NCBI GenBank assembly: GCA_973895155.1
Contig: OZ316896.1
Span: 15,562,576-15,626,575, forward strand
Reading direction: 5' to 3'
DNA: 64,000 bases
Source: Marsupella aquatica
Lineage: Eukaryota > Plantae > Marchantiophyta
The first letter of the stretch is position 1. The number at the start of each line of letters is the position of its first letter. Positions 63,475-64,000 of the stretch are shown one piece after another. Under the pieces are notes generated by a model that saw only the letters and a list, made by a program, of their open reading frames with translations, did not search any database and was not told where the DNA came from. The translations under genes were made by a program, and so were the position numbers.

Positions 63475-64000
63475 CGTCAAAATTGCCGAGACTCCAATGA
63501 AATGGGCACCAACGGTCGTGGATCACTCCGTAAGTGGTACCTGGGCGTTGGTGGCGATGAGCTGCTACCTCCCGGCTTGTCTGTTGACATGTTGTGTGAC
63601 AATACCCAAAATGTGTAAAGACTGAGAAAACCCATCACCATCAAAAAACCGTCGGGGAAAAAGGACCCTTAAAACCTCAAATTGTGTTCCCGTCGCGCTT
63701 GCCTATGTGTATACATAGGCGATGTGGGATTGCCGTCCCATGTGTATACCCCGGGCCCGCAGCCCGATGCAGATGACCGACGGCGGTAGCAAAGAAATCC
63801 GCAAAGAAATGGCCCAAAAAACAACAACAAAATGTGAAAGGGGGGCCCTTAAGTGTATACGTCGGCCCCGGCGTGGACCCAGAAACTGACGGAAGGCGCG
63901 CGTCGACGGGAAAGAAAAATAAGGTGGGGACCGGCAACCGAGCGAGTGTGTATACACACTTGAGGCACCGTGCGCTATGCTGCAGACGAATAAAAGCGAA

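Larger units (their letters stand above)
55883..64000 (-). mobile_element. Ty3/Gypsy LTR retrotransposon carrying a C5 DNA methyltransferase and a PHD finger (defective copy; 5' LTR outside the window)
   Basis: Domain order gag-PR-(DNMT)-RT-RH-INT-(PHD), where RT-RH-INT is the Gypsy order. A polypurine tract at 56599-56607 adjoins the putative 3' LTR, which ends ...tgtcacgaCA at 55883. Confidence 0.93.

Overview
This is eukaryotic nuclear DNA with spliceosomal introns, from a land plant; a non-seed plant such as a liverwort is my inference. It contains two intact multi-exon genes: a DRD1/CLASSY-family SNF2 chromatin remodeller (+, 16620-21760, 7 coding exons, about 1198 aa) and a ZHOUPI/bHLH95-like bHLH factor (+, 44862-49354, 3 exons, about 537 aa). 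A truncated, inverted paralog of the remodeller's 5' end lies at about 1490-2690. Intergenic DNA holds tandem repeats, MITE-like elements, Helitron-like ends, tRNA-like SINE heads and a plastid 16S rRNA fragment. The main highlight is the last 8 kb: a minus-strand Ty3/Gypsy LTR retrotransposon with the order Gag (2 CCHC knuckles), aspartic protease, DNMT3-like C5 cytosine methyltransferase, RT, RNase H, integrase, PHD finger. It therefore carries its own DNA-methylation writer and a histone reader. This copy is dead, and every in-frame premature stop I could read is consistent with a C->T change. It sits at the 3' end of a relic RLE-type non-LTR retrotransposon, and its 5' LTR lies beyond the window.
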